A stretch of DNA of 64,000 nucleotides from Candidatus Uhrbacteria bacterium (GTDB lineage: Bacteria; Patescibacteriota; Patescibacteriia; GWA2-47-26): contig JACPJN010000009.1 of assembly GCA_016187515.1 (NCBI GenBank), forward strand, positions 68,891 through 132,890, read 5' to 3'. Under the pieces are notes generated by a model, which had not been told where the DNA came from, did no database searches, and saw only the letters and a program-made list of their open reading frames with translations. Each line of letters opens with the position of its first letter. Within the stretch, counting starts at the first letter, position 1. This document shows positions 1-9,737 of the stretch, one piece after another. Made by a program: the position numbers and the translations under genes.

Positions 1-424
1 TATTATCTGTGAGCCCTTGGCCATCTGCGCTATTTGCTCTCTTGGAATTGATAACTCTCATAATCTGGAGTGGCCGTACTCTAAAATTTACGATGTAACC
101 AACTTCCAACCCGGTAGATTCTAAATAACGTAATAATTGTTTTCTATGCTCGGCAGTAATGCGATCGGTTGTTTTTAACTCGAGTACAATCTTACCATCT
201 ACCACGAGATCGAGCCGAACCGTACCAAGGTCTTTCTCCTCATACAAAATTTTCACAGGTTTCTCTGTTTCGTATGGAATACTCTGCTTATCAAATAATG
301 TTGACACTGCTCGCTGATAATGCTTCTCATGCATCTTTGTACCGAGATCATTCTGTACTTTGAACAGTATCCCCCTAATCTTATAAGAAAGCTCCTTATG
401 CGGAAAGTATTCCTCCTTCGCCAT
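1..424 (-). CDS. GxxExxY family PD-(D/E)XK nuclease (3' end runs off window)
   Basis: Own translation, not in ORF track: MAKEEYFPHKELSYKIRGILFKVQNDLGTKMHEKHYQRA...RLDLVVDGKIVLELK...QLLRYLESTGLEVGYIVNF; no stop before position 1. Confidence 0.8.
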   Translation of the reverse strand, partial: MAKEEYFPHKELSYKIRGILFKVQNDLGTKMHEKHYQRAVSTLFDKQSIPYETEKPVKILYEEKDLGTVRLDLVVDGKIVLELKTTDRITAEHRKQLLRYLESTGLEVGYIVNFRVRPLQIMRVINSKRANSADGQGLTDN

Positions 425-427
425 ATT

Positions 428-2026
428 TCATTTAGATGTTAGCTCTCGAGCAATGTTATCTATATCACCCGCACCCATAACTATGACCACATCGTTAGGC
501 TGGGCAAGCTGCAATAATAACTGCTTGGTTTCTTCGAGATTGCCTCCATATCGGACATCTGCGTAATCTGGGGCCGGAGGCATCTGCGTTATCTTGTCTA
601 CAAGCATACGCGAGTTGACATCCCGCTCTTCCATCCGTCCCTTCACAGCATAAATTTCTGACACGATAACTAAATCCGCCGCGTCTTTTAGCACTTCCAC
701 AAAATCGTTAAACAAATGCTTGGTACGACTGTGCTGGTGCGGCTGAAACACAAGTACGAGCCGCCGTCCGGGATAGGCCTCTCGCGCCGCCTTCATGGTT
801 TCGCGGATCGCGGTGGGATGGTGGGCATAATCGCTAATTACCAAAATTTCCCCGGAGGACTCATAACTCCCCCTCCCCCCTCTTACCTTAAGAGGGGGTA
901 TCGATCGATCTCCCTCCCTTAAGTTAAGGGAGGGTTGGGGTGAGTTATGAACTGCTGACATAGTGCCGACGATTTCAAAACGCCGCCACACACCGCGGAA
1001 ATCACGCACGGCACTTTCCGCTACCTCGCACGGCACGCCCAACTCCATCGCGGCCGTTGCCGCCGCCGTAGCATTGTATCGGTTAAATTCGCCTGGCACT
1101 TGGAGTTGAAGTGTCCCAAAAATTTCACTACTATGCCCATAGGTAATCCGCTTTTCCCCCACTTTGTCATTTCGAGCGAAGCGAGAAATCTCATATCGTG
1201 CAGACGGCAAGGTGTGAGATCCCTCGACTCCGTACTCTGCACTCCGCTCGGGATGACGGGAAATTAGTATGCTACATCCCGCATCATCTTCATTCATCAC
1301 CACCAATCCTTCCGCTGGCACTTTCTTCACTAACTTCTGAAAGCTCTCCACCGTCTGTTCCAAATCCCGAAAATAATCCGGATGATCCCATTCAATACTG
1401 GTTACGACTACCGCATACGGTGATAATTCTAAAAAATGATCACGATAGTCGTCGCCTTCAACGATGAAAAATCTCGCGGATGCACTACGTGCCGCAGATT
1501 GCACAGATGATATATCCGCGTAATTTGCGGGCGCAGCCATCTGCGGAATCCTTATATTGCTATTCCCCCACTCCCTCACTTTGCTCCCCACAATCACGAG
1601 CGGATCCATACCGGCCGCTTCAAGAATAAGTCCGAGCATCGCGGTCGTGGTGCTTTTTCCATGCGTGCCGGTTACCACAATCGTGCGGAACTCACAGCTC
1701 ACCTGCCCCAGTGCCTGGGCATACGACAGCTCCGGAATGCCTCTCGTCCGTGCGGCGGCCCGTTCCGGATGATCTTCCGGCACCGCATCGGAGTAGATCA
1801 CGAGATTAACACCATTCAATAACTGTGAACTGTGAACTGACGACTGTGAACTAAACACTTGAATACCGTCGGATTCAAGTGTTTTAGTTATCTCACTCTC
1901 CTCCGCATCCGACCCACTCACCTGCTTTCCTTGCGCGCGCCAAAGTTGCGCCAGCGCAGATACGCCAATCCCGCCAATGCCGATGCAATGAATTTTTTGT
2001 GCAGTAGAGATGTTCATGTTACTCAT
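428..2026 (-). CDS. murC: UDP-N-acetylmuramate--L-alanine ligase, lengthened by in-frame repeat insertions
   Basis: HCIGIGGIGVSALA, GTHGKSTTT, DYAHHPTAI, FQPHQHSRT, MGAGDI. Confidence 0.95.
   Translation of the reverse strand: MSNMNISTAQKIHCIGIGGIGVSALAQLWRAQGKQVSGSDAEESEITKTLESDGIQVFSSQSSVHSSQLLNGVNLVIYSDAVPEDHPERAAARTRGIPELSYAQALGQVSCEFRTIVVTGTHGKSTTTAMLGLILEAAGMDPLVIVGSKVREWGNSNIRIPQMAAPANYADISSVQSAARSASARFFIVEGDDYRDHFLELSPYAVVVTSIEWDHPDYFRDLEQTVESFQKLVKKVPAEGLVVMNEDDAGCSILISRHPERSAEYGVEGSHTLPSARYEISRFARNDKVGEKRITYGHSSEIFGTLQLQVPGEFNRYNATAAATAAMELGVPCEVAESAVRDFRGVWRRFEIVGTMSAVHNSPQPSLNLREGDRSIPPLKVRGGRGSYESSGEILVISDYAHHPTAIRETMKAAREAYPGRRLVLVFQPHQHSRTKHLFNDFVEVLKDAADLVIVSEIYAVKGRMEERDVNSRMLVDKITQMPPAPDYADVRYGGNLEETKQLLLQLAQPNDVVIVMGAGDIDNIARELTSK
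861..950. repeat. Family A1 palindromic element, in frame in murC (90 bp)
   Basis: TCATAACTC...GAGTTATGA ends, two hairpins; translates [30 protein letters not shown]. Confidence 0.9.
1166..1257. repeat. GTCAT...ATGAC REP-like doublet, in frame in murC
   Basis: GTCATTTCGAGCGAAGCGAGAAATCTC ... GAGATCCCTCG...CGCTCGGGATGAC inverted pair. Confidence 0.75.
1476..1550. repeat. CGCAGAT/ATCTGCG hairpin repeat, in frame in murC
   Basis: CCGCAGATTGCACAGAT / ATCCGCGTAATTTGCGG; related copies at 557-594 and 23-37. Confidence 0.65.
1822..1855. repeat. 34-bp heptad repeat insert, identical to 54231-54264
   Basis: ACTGTGAACTGTGAACTGACGACTGTGAACTAAA at both loci. Confidence 0.9.
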
Positions 2027-2079
2027 TTAATCACATTCCCTTGTAAAAATCAACCCCTCTGTGCTACACTAAGCATATT

Positions 2080-3333
2080 ATGACGAACTTGGCCCAATAC
2101 GATCCAGACATCGCGCACGCGATTAAAAACGAACTCGAACGTCAAAGAAACGGCTTGGAAATGATCCCGTCGGAAAATTTTGTGTCCCTAGCAGTGCTCG
2201 AGGCCATGGGCACCGTGCCCACTAATAAATACGCCGAGGGCTATCCGGGAAAGCGTTATTACGGCGGCAATCAATTTATTGATGTAATGGAAACGCTGGC
2301 GATTGAACGCGCGAAAAAACTTTTCGGAGCCGAGTATGCCAACGTTCAGCCGCATGCCGGCTCGCAAGCCAACATGGCGGCCTATTTCGCGGTCATGAAA
2401 CCCGGAGAGAAACTTATGGGCATGGCGCTTCCGATGGGCGGACACTTAACCCATGGCCATCCCTTGAGCTTCTCCGGCACGTTTTATCAAGTCGTGCCTT
2501 ATGGCGTACGGCGCGATGGCTGGCTGGATATGGATGAAGTGCGCGCGATCGCGCTTCGCGAAAAACCAAAAGTGCTGGTCTGTGGCGCATCCGCCTATCC
2601 GCGTCTGATTGACTTCAAGGCCTTTGCGCAAATCGCGCACGAAACTGGAGCAGTGGCAATCGCGGATATCGCGCACGTGGCCGGACTAGTGGTTGGCGGC
2701 GCGCATCCGCATCCATTTCCTGAAACCGACATTGTCACCACTACGACGCACAAGACCTTACGCGGCCCGCGCTCCGCGCTTATTTTAGCAAAAGCGCAAT
2801 ATGGCGCGGCCATTGATAAAGCGATTATCCCCGGCCTGCAAGGCGGACCAATGGAACATATCATTGCCGCTAAAGCCGTATGTTTTAAAGAGGCGATGGA
2901 GCCGAGTTTCACGGACTACGCGCGGCGTATCGTGGCTAATGCCAAAGTCCTGGCCGAAACGCTAATGCGTGAAGGACTCACACTGGTCTCCGGCGGCACG
3001 GATAATCATCTGATGCTCATGGATTTAACTGCTCTGAATATGGCCGGCAAACAAGCCGAGGCGCTTCTTGATGAAGTGGGTATTACGGTGAACAAAAATA
3101 TGATTCCGTACGATCCGAGGAAACCCTTAGACCCTTCCGGCATCCGTCTGGGCACACCGGCTTTAACCACGCGGGGTTTCACGGAAGACGACATGAAAAT
3201 CGTGGGCCGTACCATCGCGGAAGTTTTGAAAAATCCAACCAGCGACGATACCAAATCTCGTGCGCGAGAAGTCGTGCGCGGACTTACGGAAAAATATCCG
3301 CTCTATCCCGATCTAAAGTATGCAACTTATTGA
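2080..3333 (+). CDS. glyA: Serine hydroxymethyltransferase
   Basis: [41 protein letters not shown]. Confidence 0.98.
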   Translation: MTNLAQYDPDIAHAIKNELERQRNGLEMIPSENFVSLAVLEAMGTVPTNKYAEGYPGKRYYGGNQFIDVMETLAIERAKKLFGAEYANVQPHAGSQANMAAYFAVMKPGEKLMGMALPMGGHLTHGHPLSFSGTFYQVVPYGVRRDGWLDMDEVRAIALREKPKVLVCGASAYPRLIDFKAFAQIAHETGAVAIADIAHVAGLVVGGAHPHPFPETDIVTTTTHKTLRGPRSALILAKAQYGAAIDKAIIPGLQGGPMEHIIAAKAVCFKEAMEPSFTDYARRIVANAKVLAETLMREGLTLVSGGTDNHLMLMDLTALNMAGKQAEALLDEVGITVNKNMIPYDPRKPLDPSGIRLGTPALTTRGFTEDDMKIVGRTIAEVLKNPTSDDTKSRAREVVRGLTEKYPLYPDLKYATY

Positions 3334-4228
3334 CGGGCGTGCGCTTGCGGCAAAAATCCACGCCGAAATAAAAGAGGAAATCCAGCGCCTTAAGATTGTC
3401 CCCGGGCTGGGGGTTATTTTGGTTGGCGAAAATCCGGCTTCCGAGCATTATGTGGAACTAAAAAAGAAAAAAGCGGAAGCGCTGGGTTTTTATGTGGATG
3501 TACGCGCCCTCCCGTCCTCCATCACCCAGGAAGCGCTGCACGCTGAAATTATCAATCTTAATTCTCAATCTTCAATTCACGGCTTTATTTTACAACTCCC
3601 GCTCCCCTCCCGCCTTGATAAGCACGCCGCGCTAAATTTGATTGATCCCAAAAAAGACGCTGACGGTTTGCATCCGCTTAATCTTGGTAATTTGGCGCGT
3701 GGCGCACCGGCTGTAATACCGGCTACGCCCCGCGGAATCCTGGCGCTTATTGAATCCACCGGCACCCGTATTGAAGGCGCGCATGCGGTGGTAGTCGGCC
3801 GCAGTGCGATTGTGGGCCTGCCGACCGCACTGATGCTCACACAGCGCAACGCCACAGTAACCATCTGCCACTCGCACACCAAATCCTTGGCCGCGCATAC
3901 ACAAACCGCAGACATTCTGGTGGTCGCGGCCGGACACCCCGGACTGGTACGCGGCGATATGCTAAAAGGCGGCGCGTGCGTAATTGATGTGGGAAGTACT
4001 CCCACCCCCTCTGAATCTCCCCCTCCAAGAGGGGGAGAACACCGGTCAATTTCCCCCCCTGCCCGAGGGGGGGCGAGGGGGGGTGGGAGTACCAAATGGC
4101 TCGGAGACGTTGATTTCGCCTCCACCCTAAAAAAATCCGGCTTTATCACCCCAGTCCCGGGCGGAGTGGGCCCTATGACTGTCGCGATGCTTTTGAAAAA
4201 TACGATTGAGCTGGCAAAGTCATCCTGA
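3320..4228 (+). CDS. folD: Methylenetetrahydrofolate dehydrogenase/cyclohydrolase
   Basis: [38 protein letters not shown]. Confidence 0.97.
   Translation: MQLIDGRALAAKIHAEIKEEIQRLKIVPGLGVILVGENPASEHYVELKKKKAEALGFYVDVRALPSSITQEALHAEIINLNSQSSIHGFILQLPLPSRLDKHAALNLIDPKKDADGLHPLNLGNLARGAPAVIPATPRGILALIESTGTRIEGAHAVVVGRSAIVGLPTALMLTQRNATVTICHSHTKSLAAHTQTADILVVAAGHPGLVRGDMLKGGACVIDVGSTPTPSESPPPRGGEHRSISPPARGGARGGGSTKWLGDVDFASTLKKSGFITPVPGGVGPMTVAMLLKNTIELAKSS
3996..4092. repeat. Family A2 element, in frame in folD
   Basis: GTACTCCCACCCC...GGGGTGGGAGTAC ends; peptide [32 protein letters not shown] between VIDVG and GDVDF. Confidence 0.9.
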
Positions 4229-4436
4229 ACGTGCGTGGGATCTCCGGCATATGCGGGGATACCCGCCTCTCTTCCCGTCGCGCATGCCATTCGGGAATTT
4301 AGACACTGCAATGCTCGGCGGGTTAATTTTGCACTCGAATTTTTTCGTTTCACTCAAAATTCGGCAAAATTAAAAAAGCGCCGGCTGAACTGGTCAGTCG
4401 GCGCGCGAGTCCTCTCCTCTTGTCGCCTATTGCGGT

Positions 4437-4919
4437 CTAGCAAAACCCGTCTTCGCCAGAATCGTCGTCCGGGTCCGGCTCGGCGCCGTCGAAATCGTCG
4501 TCCGGATCATCGTCAACCTGCACCCCCTCCGGGTCCAGCACTTTCGCCACCGCGTTGCGGATCACGGCGCGCAATTCCGCGGGATCCCACGGCTTGGCCA
4601 GATACGCAAAGAGCAGGCCCGAGAAAACCGCTGCGGCATACTGGCCGCTGTCGCGGTCGGCGGTGACCAAAATCCGCACGCTGCGCGGAAATCGGGCGGC
4701 AACCTGGCGCAAAAACTCCAAACCTTTCAGGCCGCCCGGCATGGAGTTGTCGCTCATGATGACATCAAAAAACATGTGGGCATCAAGCATCCCAAGCGCC
4801 TCCGCCGCGCTTCCCGCCTCACTGATCGTACAATCCGAATACTCCCCTTGGATTGTCCGCGCCAGCGCCCGGCGCATTCCTCCTTCATCATCCACGATCA
4901 GAAAATGAACGGGTGCCAT
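4437..4919 (-). CDS. Stand-alone response regulator receiver with acidic tail
   Basis: LIVDDE, VIMSDNSMPG, YLAKPWD; GGAGG upstream of ATG 4919. Confidence 0.85.
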   Translation of the reverse strand: MAPVHFLIVDDEGGMRRALARTIQGEYSDCTISEAGSAAEALGMLDAHMFFDVIMSDNSMPGGLKGLEFLRQVAARFPRSVRILVTADRDSGQYAAAVFSGLLFAYLAKPWDPAELRAVIRNAVAKVLDPEGVQVDDDPDDDFDGAEPDPDDDSGEDGFC

Positions 4920-4999
4920 TCTCTTTCCTCCCTTTTTGTATTTTCGCGTAACCGCCGCGTACCCCCACCCTACCACAAATCCTCGGCGCTGTCAACCCC

Positions 5000-5305
5000 C
5001 TAGCGGGTTACTTCCGCAATCCACTTCAACACCCCCCGAGACGTCCTTTTCACCTCCCACTGCTCAATAACCGGCAGGTCATAACTGTGCAAAGCGTAAA
5101 GGCGCGCTTCAAGGCGCCGCGCCAAGGCGTTTCTGGTCTTGCACAAAACCGCCCACTCCCGCGCCTGCTCCACCTTGGCTTTGAAGCGGTACACTGACCG
5201 CACTGGCCACATGTTCACGCAGGCAATTAACCGCTCGCGAAGCAGCGCGCGCGCAATGCGCTCGGCTTCTTTTCGCGAACCGCAAGTAGTAAAAATGACG
5301 ATCAT
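5000..5305 (-). CDS. cutA: Divalent-cation tolerance protein CutA
   Basis: EAERIARALLRERLIACVN, HSYDLP. Confidence 0.9.
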   Translation of the reverse strand: MIVIFTTCGSRKEAERIARALLRERLIACVNMWPVRSVYRFKAKVEQAREWAVLCKTRNALARRLEARLYALHSYDLPVIEQWEVKRTSRGVLKWIAEVTR

Positions 5306-5320
5306 AACTTTGCCAGCGGT

Positions 5321-6442
5321 CTATAACAATTGCCACAATTTCTGTACCGCGCCAACCGCCATAAGCGCAGCTGCAGCAATTCCCGCCGCGACTTTCCAGT
5401 TCAGTCCGGAAGCGTGTCGGCGCCGCATCAACGCCAGCGCGGCGGCGACAATCACCATCCCCTCCAGTCCGAATAAGACACTGCCCACCACATCAATCAC
5501 GTCAATAAAACTCCTGGCCCCGGCCAAAAACAGCAAAAGCGGAATGCCCGCGGCAAACCCCCAAGCCGGCGTATGCTTTACCAAAAAATCATACTTAAGC
5601 ACCTCCTGCAAATAAAGCGCGATCACAAAATACGAGGTGATAATCGCGAGAAACCCCGTCAGCGCGCCCAGCGCCATGATCCCCGGCCCCAACACCCCTT
5701 GCAATCCGCTAATCGCTTCCTCACTCGTGTTTGATCCGGACACTCCGACCACGGCCAGCATAAAAAGCGCGGTTACGACTACCGGAACCAAGGTACCCAC
5801 CGCGATACTCCGGCGAAATACTCCTTTGCGCCGTTTGACAATATCCCAAAGTTCGGGAATTGCCGCGGCGCCGGAAAGCGAAACCATCAGCACTCCATAA
5901 GGCCCAAACCATCCGCCTCCTCCGGCGGTAAATAAATTCTGCGCGTCAAAATGCGCCAAACCGCGGCCGCTGATGAAAAGCAAAGCGCCGATAAGAAGCC
6001 AGGCCAGGTAAAACTCCACTCCGGCCACCAAGCGCAGCCCAAAAAAGCTCACCGTGGCAACCGCGATAAACAGTATGATGCTATAGGTAAACGCCTCGCC
6101 GCCAAAAATTGGCGTAAGCAGCAGCGAGAGAAACATGCCGCCCACAATCAGATACGCCAGCTGCAGGCCCCAAAAACGCACCACCTCCGTAATCAATACA
6201 ATCCGCTGGCCGGCTTTGCCAAAAGTATACCCCACGTATCCGGGCAAACGATGTTTCCCGGGAGTGGAAGCAATCAGTTCGCCGTAAAACCAGTGCACCG
6301 TCAGCACCAGCACACCCACCACGACAATCCAAAACAGCCCAATCCAAAACCCGGCTTGCGCCGCCACATACGGCGCGCCGAAAATCCCGACCCCGATAAT
6401 CAGCCCGGAAAGCGTGGCAATCGCATGGAGAAATTGTTTCAT
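5321..6442 (-). CDS. Aromatic amino acid permease family transporter
   Basis: GLIIGVGIFGAPY, many hydrophobic segments, ITSYF; start taken at MKQFLH. Confidence 0.8.
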   Translation of the reverse strand: MKQFLHAIATLSGLIIGVGIFGAPYVAAQAGFWIGLFWIVVVGVLVLTVHWFYGELIASTPGKHRLPGYVGYTFGKAGQRIVLITEVVRFWGLQLAYLIVGGMFLSLLLTPIFGGEAFTYSIILFIAVATVSFFGLRLVAGVEFYLAWLLIGALLFISGRGLAHFDAQNLFTAGGGGWFGPYGVLMVSLSGAAAIPELWDIVKRRKGVFRRSIAVGTLVPVVVTALFMLAVVGVSGSNTSEEAISGLQGVLGPGIMALGALTGFLAIITSYFVIALYLQEVLKYDFLVKHTPAWGFAAGIPLLLFLAGARSFIDVIDVVGSVLFGLEGMVIVAAALALMRRRHASGLNWKVAAGIAAAALMAVGAVQKLWQLL

Positions 6443-6543
6443 AAGACCAATAGGACCTATTGGTCTTATAGTATACCACAACTCATCCCCACACTATCCT
6501 CTTGACGCCTCGTGATTGAAAGGTTAAGGTGAATGGACTACTT

Positions 6544-7923
6544 ATGCCTACCCAATCTCCTCCTTCTTTAGCGCAGCGTATCCCGCCCCAGAATATCGAA
6601 GCCGAGCAGTCGCTGTTGGGCGCGCTTCTGATTGATAAGGACGCGATTATCAAAGTGGCTGACGTGGTCATGCCCGAGGATTTCTATAAAGATATTCATC
6701 GCCTGATCTACGAGGCCATGTCCGGGCTATTCCAGGATCGCGAGCCGATTGACCTGCTTTCGCTCTCCAATCGCCTGGAGGAGAAGAAACAGCTGGAATT
6801 GGTCGGCGGCCGGACCTACTTGATTGAACTTTCCAACGCGGTGCCCACCTCGGCCAATGTTGGCCATTACGCTTCCATTATCCAAAAAAAAGCCACCCTG
6901 CGCCGTCTGCAGCAGGCCGCGGCGCAGATCAGCACGCTTTCATTTGAAGAAGCCGAGGAAGTGGATCATCTTTTGGATAAAGCCGAGCAAAAGTTATTCA
7001 GTGTTTCGCAAAAGTATTTGAAGCAGGCCTTTATTCCGGTGCGCGATGTCTTAACCGAGGCCTTTGACCGCATTGATGAAATCCACCGCGAAAAAGGGAA
7101 ACTGCGCGGACTTTCCAGCGGATTTTTCGCGCTGGATAATCTGCTCGCCGGACTGCAGCGTTCGGATTTGGTCATTCTGGCGGCGCGGCCATCGCTGGGA
7201 AAGACCTCGCTGGCCCTGGATATCGCGCGCAACGTTGCTACGCGCGAAAAAGTTCCGGTCGGCGTCTTTTCTTTGGAAATGTCCAAAGAACAGCTGGTGG
7301 ATCGGCTGATTTGCGCCGAAGCCGGAATTGATCTTTGGCGCATGCGTACCGGACGGCTTTCGGATAAACCAGGCGAAGACGATTTCGCGCGCATTGGACA
7401 CGCGCTGGGGCAGCTCTCCGAGGCCCCCATTTATATTGATGACTCGGCCACCGCGAACATTATGGAAATTCGCACCAAAGCGCGGCGCCTGCAGATGGAA
7501 AAAGGGCTGGGACTCCTGGTGGTGGATTATTTGCAGCTAATGGAATCGCGAACGCGCATTGAAAATCGCGTGCAGGAAATTTCGGAAATTACTCGGGCGT
7601 TAAAAGCGATCGCGCGCGAGCTGAACATTCCGGTGCTCGCCTTGTCCCAGCTTTCCCGCGCGGTGGAGGCGCGCAGCCCCGCGATTCCCAAACTCGCTGA
7701 TCTTCGTGAATCTGGATCGATCGAGCAGGACGCGGACGTCGTGCTGTTTATCTATCGCAAAGCCATGGATAAAGGAGCGCAAAATCTGACGCCCGAGGAA
7801 CGCCATATTGCGGATATTTTTATTGCCAAACACCGCAATGGCCCGACCGGACAGGTGCAATTATTCTTTGACGAACAAAAAGTAAGCTTCCGTAATTTGG
7901 AGAAAACCGGACAGCCGTTTTGA
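6544..7923 (+). CDS. dnaB: Replicative DNA helicase
   Basis: PPQNIEAEQ, AARPSLGKT, VDYLQLM, LSQLSR, DLRESGSIEQDAD, KHRNGPTG. Confidence 0.98.
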   Translation: MPTQSPPSLAQRIPPQNIEAEQSLLGALLIDKDAIIKVADVVMPEDFYKDIHRLIYEAMSGLFQDREPIDLLSLSNRLEEKKQLELVGGRTYLIELSNAVPTSANVGHYASIIQKKATLRRLQQAAAQISTLSFEEAEEVDHLLDKAEQKLFSVSQKYLKQAFIPVRDVLTEAFDRIDEIHREKGKLRGLSSGFFALDNLLAGLQRSDLVILAARPSLGKTSLALDIARNVATREKVPVGVFSLEMSKEQLVDRLICAEAGIDLWRMRTGRLSDKPGEDDFARIGHALGQLSEAPIYIDDSATANIMEIRTKARRLQMEKGLGLLVVDYLQLMESRTRIENRVQEISEITRALKAIARELNIPVLALSQLSRAVEARSPAIPKLADLRESGSIEQDADVVLFIYRKAMDKGAQNLTPEERHIADIFIAKHRNGPTGQVQLFFDEQKVSFRNLEKTGQPF

Positions 7924-7924
7924 G

Positions 7925-8009
7925 GTAAATCAAGTGAATCAGGTAAATCAAGTAAATCAAGTAAATCAAGTGAATCAAGTGCCTGATTTACTTGTCTCGC
8001 TTGATTTAC
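7925..8009. repeat. Six 9-bp GTRAATCAR units plus inverted copies
   Basis: Tandem array between dnaB and recR; sister array at 48909-49003. Confidence 0.9.
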
Positions 8010-8018
8010 CCAATCAAT

Positions 8019-8705
8019 ATGCAATTTCCTCCTCCCATCACCCGTCTGATCCAGCATTTCCGCGCGCTCCCCGGCGTGGGCCCGCGCACGGCCGCGCGTT
8101 TTGTATTCGCGCTATTAAACAAACCCGAAGATGAACTGCGTTCCTTTGGCCATGCCCTGGTTGATCTTAAAGAAAGCATCCGCGTGTGCAAAGCATGTTT
8201 CAACGTATCGCTGGCAAATCCCTGCCAAATTTGCGCGGATCCCAATCGCGATGCCGCCGCGCTTTGCGTGGTCGCCCGACCGCAAGATATCCAAGCCCTT
8301 GAAGAAACCCGGGAATATCATGGTCTCTATCACGTCTTGGGTGGGACGCTTAATCCGATTGAGGGCGTAACGCCGGAACAATTGCGGATTAAGGAATTGC
8401 TGAATAGAATTGATAATCCGCCGCTCCCACCCCTCCTAACCTCCCCTCGGGCAGGGGAGGAAAACGATCGTATTTCTCCCCCTTTTCAAGGGGGAGTTAG
8501 AGGGGGTCAAGACATCCAGGAAATCCTCCTCGCCTTAAACCCGGACCTGGAAGGCGAGGCCACCGCGCTTTACCTGGCCAAACTTCTTAAAGCCCGCGTG
8601 CCGCGCGTCACGCGGCTGGCCCGCGGACTGCCCCAAGGCGCGGACCTGGAATACGCCGACGAGGTAACGCTCATCAACGCGATAAAAGGACGAAGGGAAA
8701 TATGA
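8019..8705 (+). CDS. recR: Recombination mediator RecR
   Basis: LPGVGPRTAARF, C4 zinc finger, YHVLGG, EGEATA, RLARGLP, LEYAD. Confidence 0.97.
   Translation: MQFPPPITRLIQHFRALPGVGPRTAARFVFALLNKPEDELRSFGHALVDLKESIRVCKACFNVSLANPCQICADPNRDAAALCVVARPQDIQALEETREYHGLYHVLGGTLNPIEGVTPEQLRIKELLNRIDNPPLPPLLTSPRAGEENDRISPPFQGGVRGGQDIQEILLALNPDLEGEATALYLAKLLKARVPRVTRLARGLPQGADLEYADEVTLINAIKGRREI
8423..8509. repeat. Family A2 element, in frame in recR
   Basis: Two hairpins (CCCCTCGGGCAGGGG, CCCCCTTTTCAAGGGGG); peptide PLLTSPRAGEENDRISPPFQGGVRGG. Confidence 0.9.
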
Positions 8706-9547
8706 AAGAGGATATTTTACACAATCGTGGTTTCATAACACTCCTCGAGGAATTAGGACTATCCGGAAATGAGATAAAATGCTATTTAGCAACATTGGGC
8801 TTGAACTCCGCAACCGTTGCTGAAATTTCAAGCCACGCGGCAGTAAATCGCGTCAATGCCTACAGCGCAGTCAAGAAACTTCTTGAACATGGTCTTTTGG
8901 AACAAGAGATAACTCCAAAAGGACGGCGTATCCGTCCCGCCCCGTTTGACGCGCTTCAGGAACTTGCCCAAAGTTACCAAAAGCATGCTACTCGCCTACG
9001 CTGGAAGATGGAAGATCTAATCAAAGAATTGACTGACCAGCGCGCGCAAAACAATCCGTCACAACCAACGATAATGGGTGAAGTGCTTTTTTTCAGGGGT
9101 GAAGATGCGTTCTACCAAATTGCCGAGCGCACTCTCGCAATACCACCGGGATCGGAGGTCTGCATCCTGGAAGCGTTTGACTATTTTACCCCGCCGGACA
9201 ATCCTACCTATGATGACGAATACTATATCCCAGCGCGTTTAAATCGCGGGGTTTCGGCGCGCATACTCCATCGTCCGGACGAACATGGCCGAGCGTTGCG
9301 CGCCCGCGATCATAAAGAACACCGCGAAACGCGCTTCCTGCCGACTAACATGAATTTTCCGTGCTCCATGTATATTTACGGCGATGAAGTGGCGCTGGTG
9401 TGGACCACTGATCATGTGGTGGGATTGGCCGTACGCGGCGGACCGCTCACGACCTTGATGCGGGCGATGTTTGAGCAATATTGGAAAGCGGCGGCAGCGG
9501 GAAACCTATACCGGGACGCAAAAAACGCGCCTAAAAGTGAGTTGTAA
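8702..9547 (+). CDS. TrmB-family transcriptional regulator
   Basis: LEELGLSGNEIKCYLA, HTH RVNAYSAVKKL, C-terminal IYGDEVA. Confidence 0.8.
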   Translation: MKEDILHNRGFITLLEELGLSGNEIKCYLATLGLNSATVAEISSHAAVNRVNAYSAVKKLLEHGLLEQEITPKGRRIRPAPFDALQELAQSYQKHATRLRWKMEDLIKELTDQRAQNNPSQPTIMGEVLFFRGEDAFYQIAERTLAIPPGSEVCILEAFDYFTPPDNPTYDDEYYIPARLNRGVSARILHRPDEHGRALRARDHKEHRETRFLPTNMNFPCSMYIYGDEVALVWTTDHVVGLAVRGGPLTTLMRAMFEQYWKAAAAGNLYRDAKNAPKSEL

Positions 9548-9737
9548 TTCTACAATACTACCGCGCGAAAGCGCGGATTTGCTTTTAAATAAGCGAGAAT
9601 TTCTCTCCTATTGTTCCGTTCATCGCAAAAACTTTGACACTGCACTGCCATACCGCCAAACTAGAGGTAGATGGGGGTAAACGCCTATCTTTCTCCATCG
9701 GCATGGTGCTGTATGGAATATACCAAAGGAGGACGTC

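Noticed and set aside
7752-8134. ORFs 7934-8134 and 7752-8057 (NQV/LDL repeats)
   Set aside because: Translations of the 9-bp DNA array overlapping dnaB and recR.
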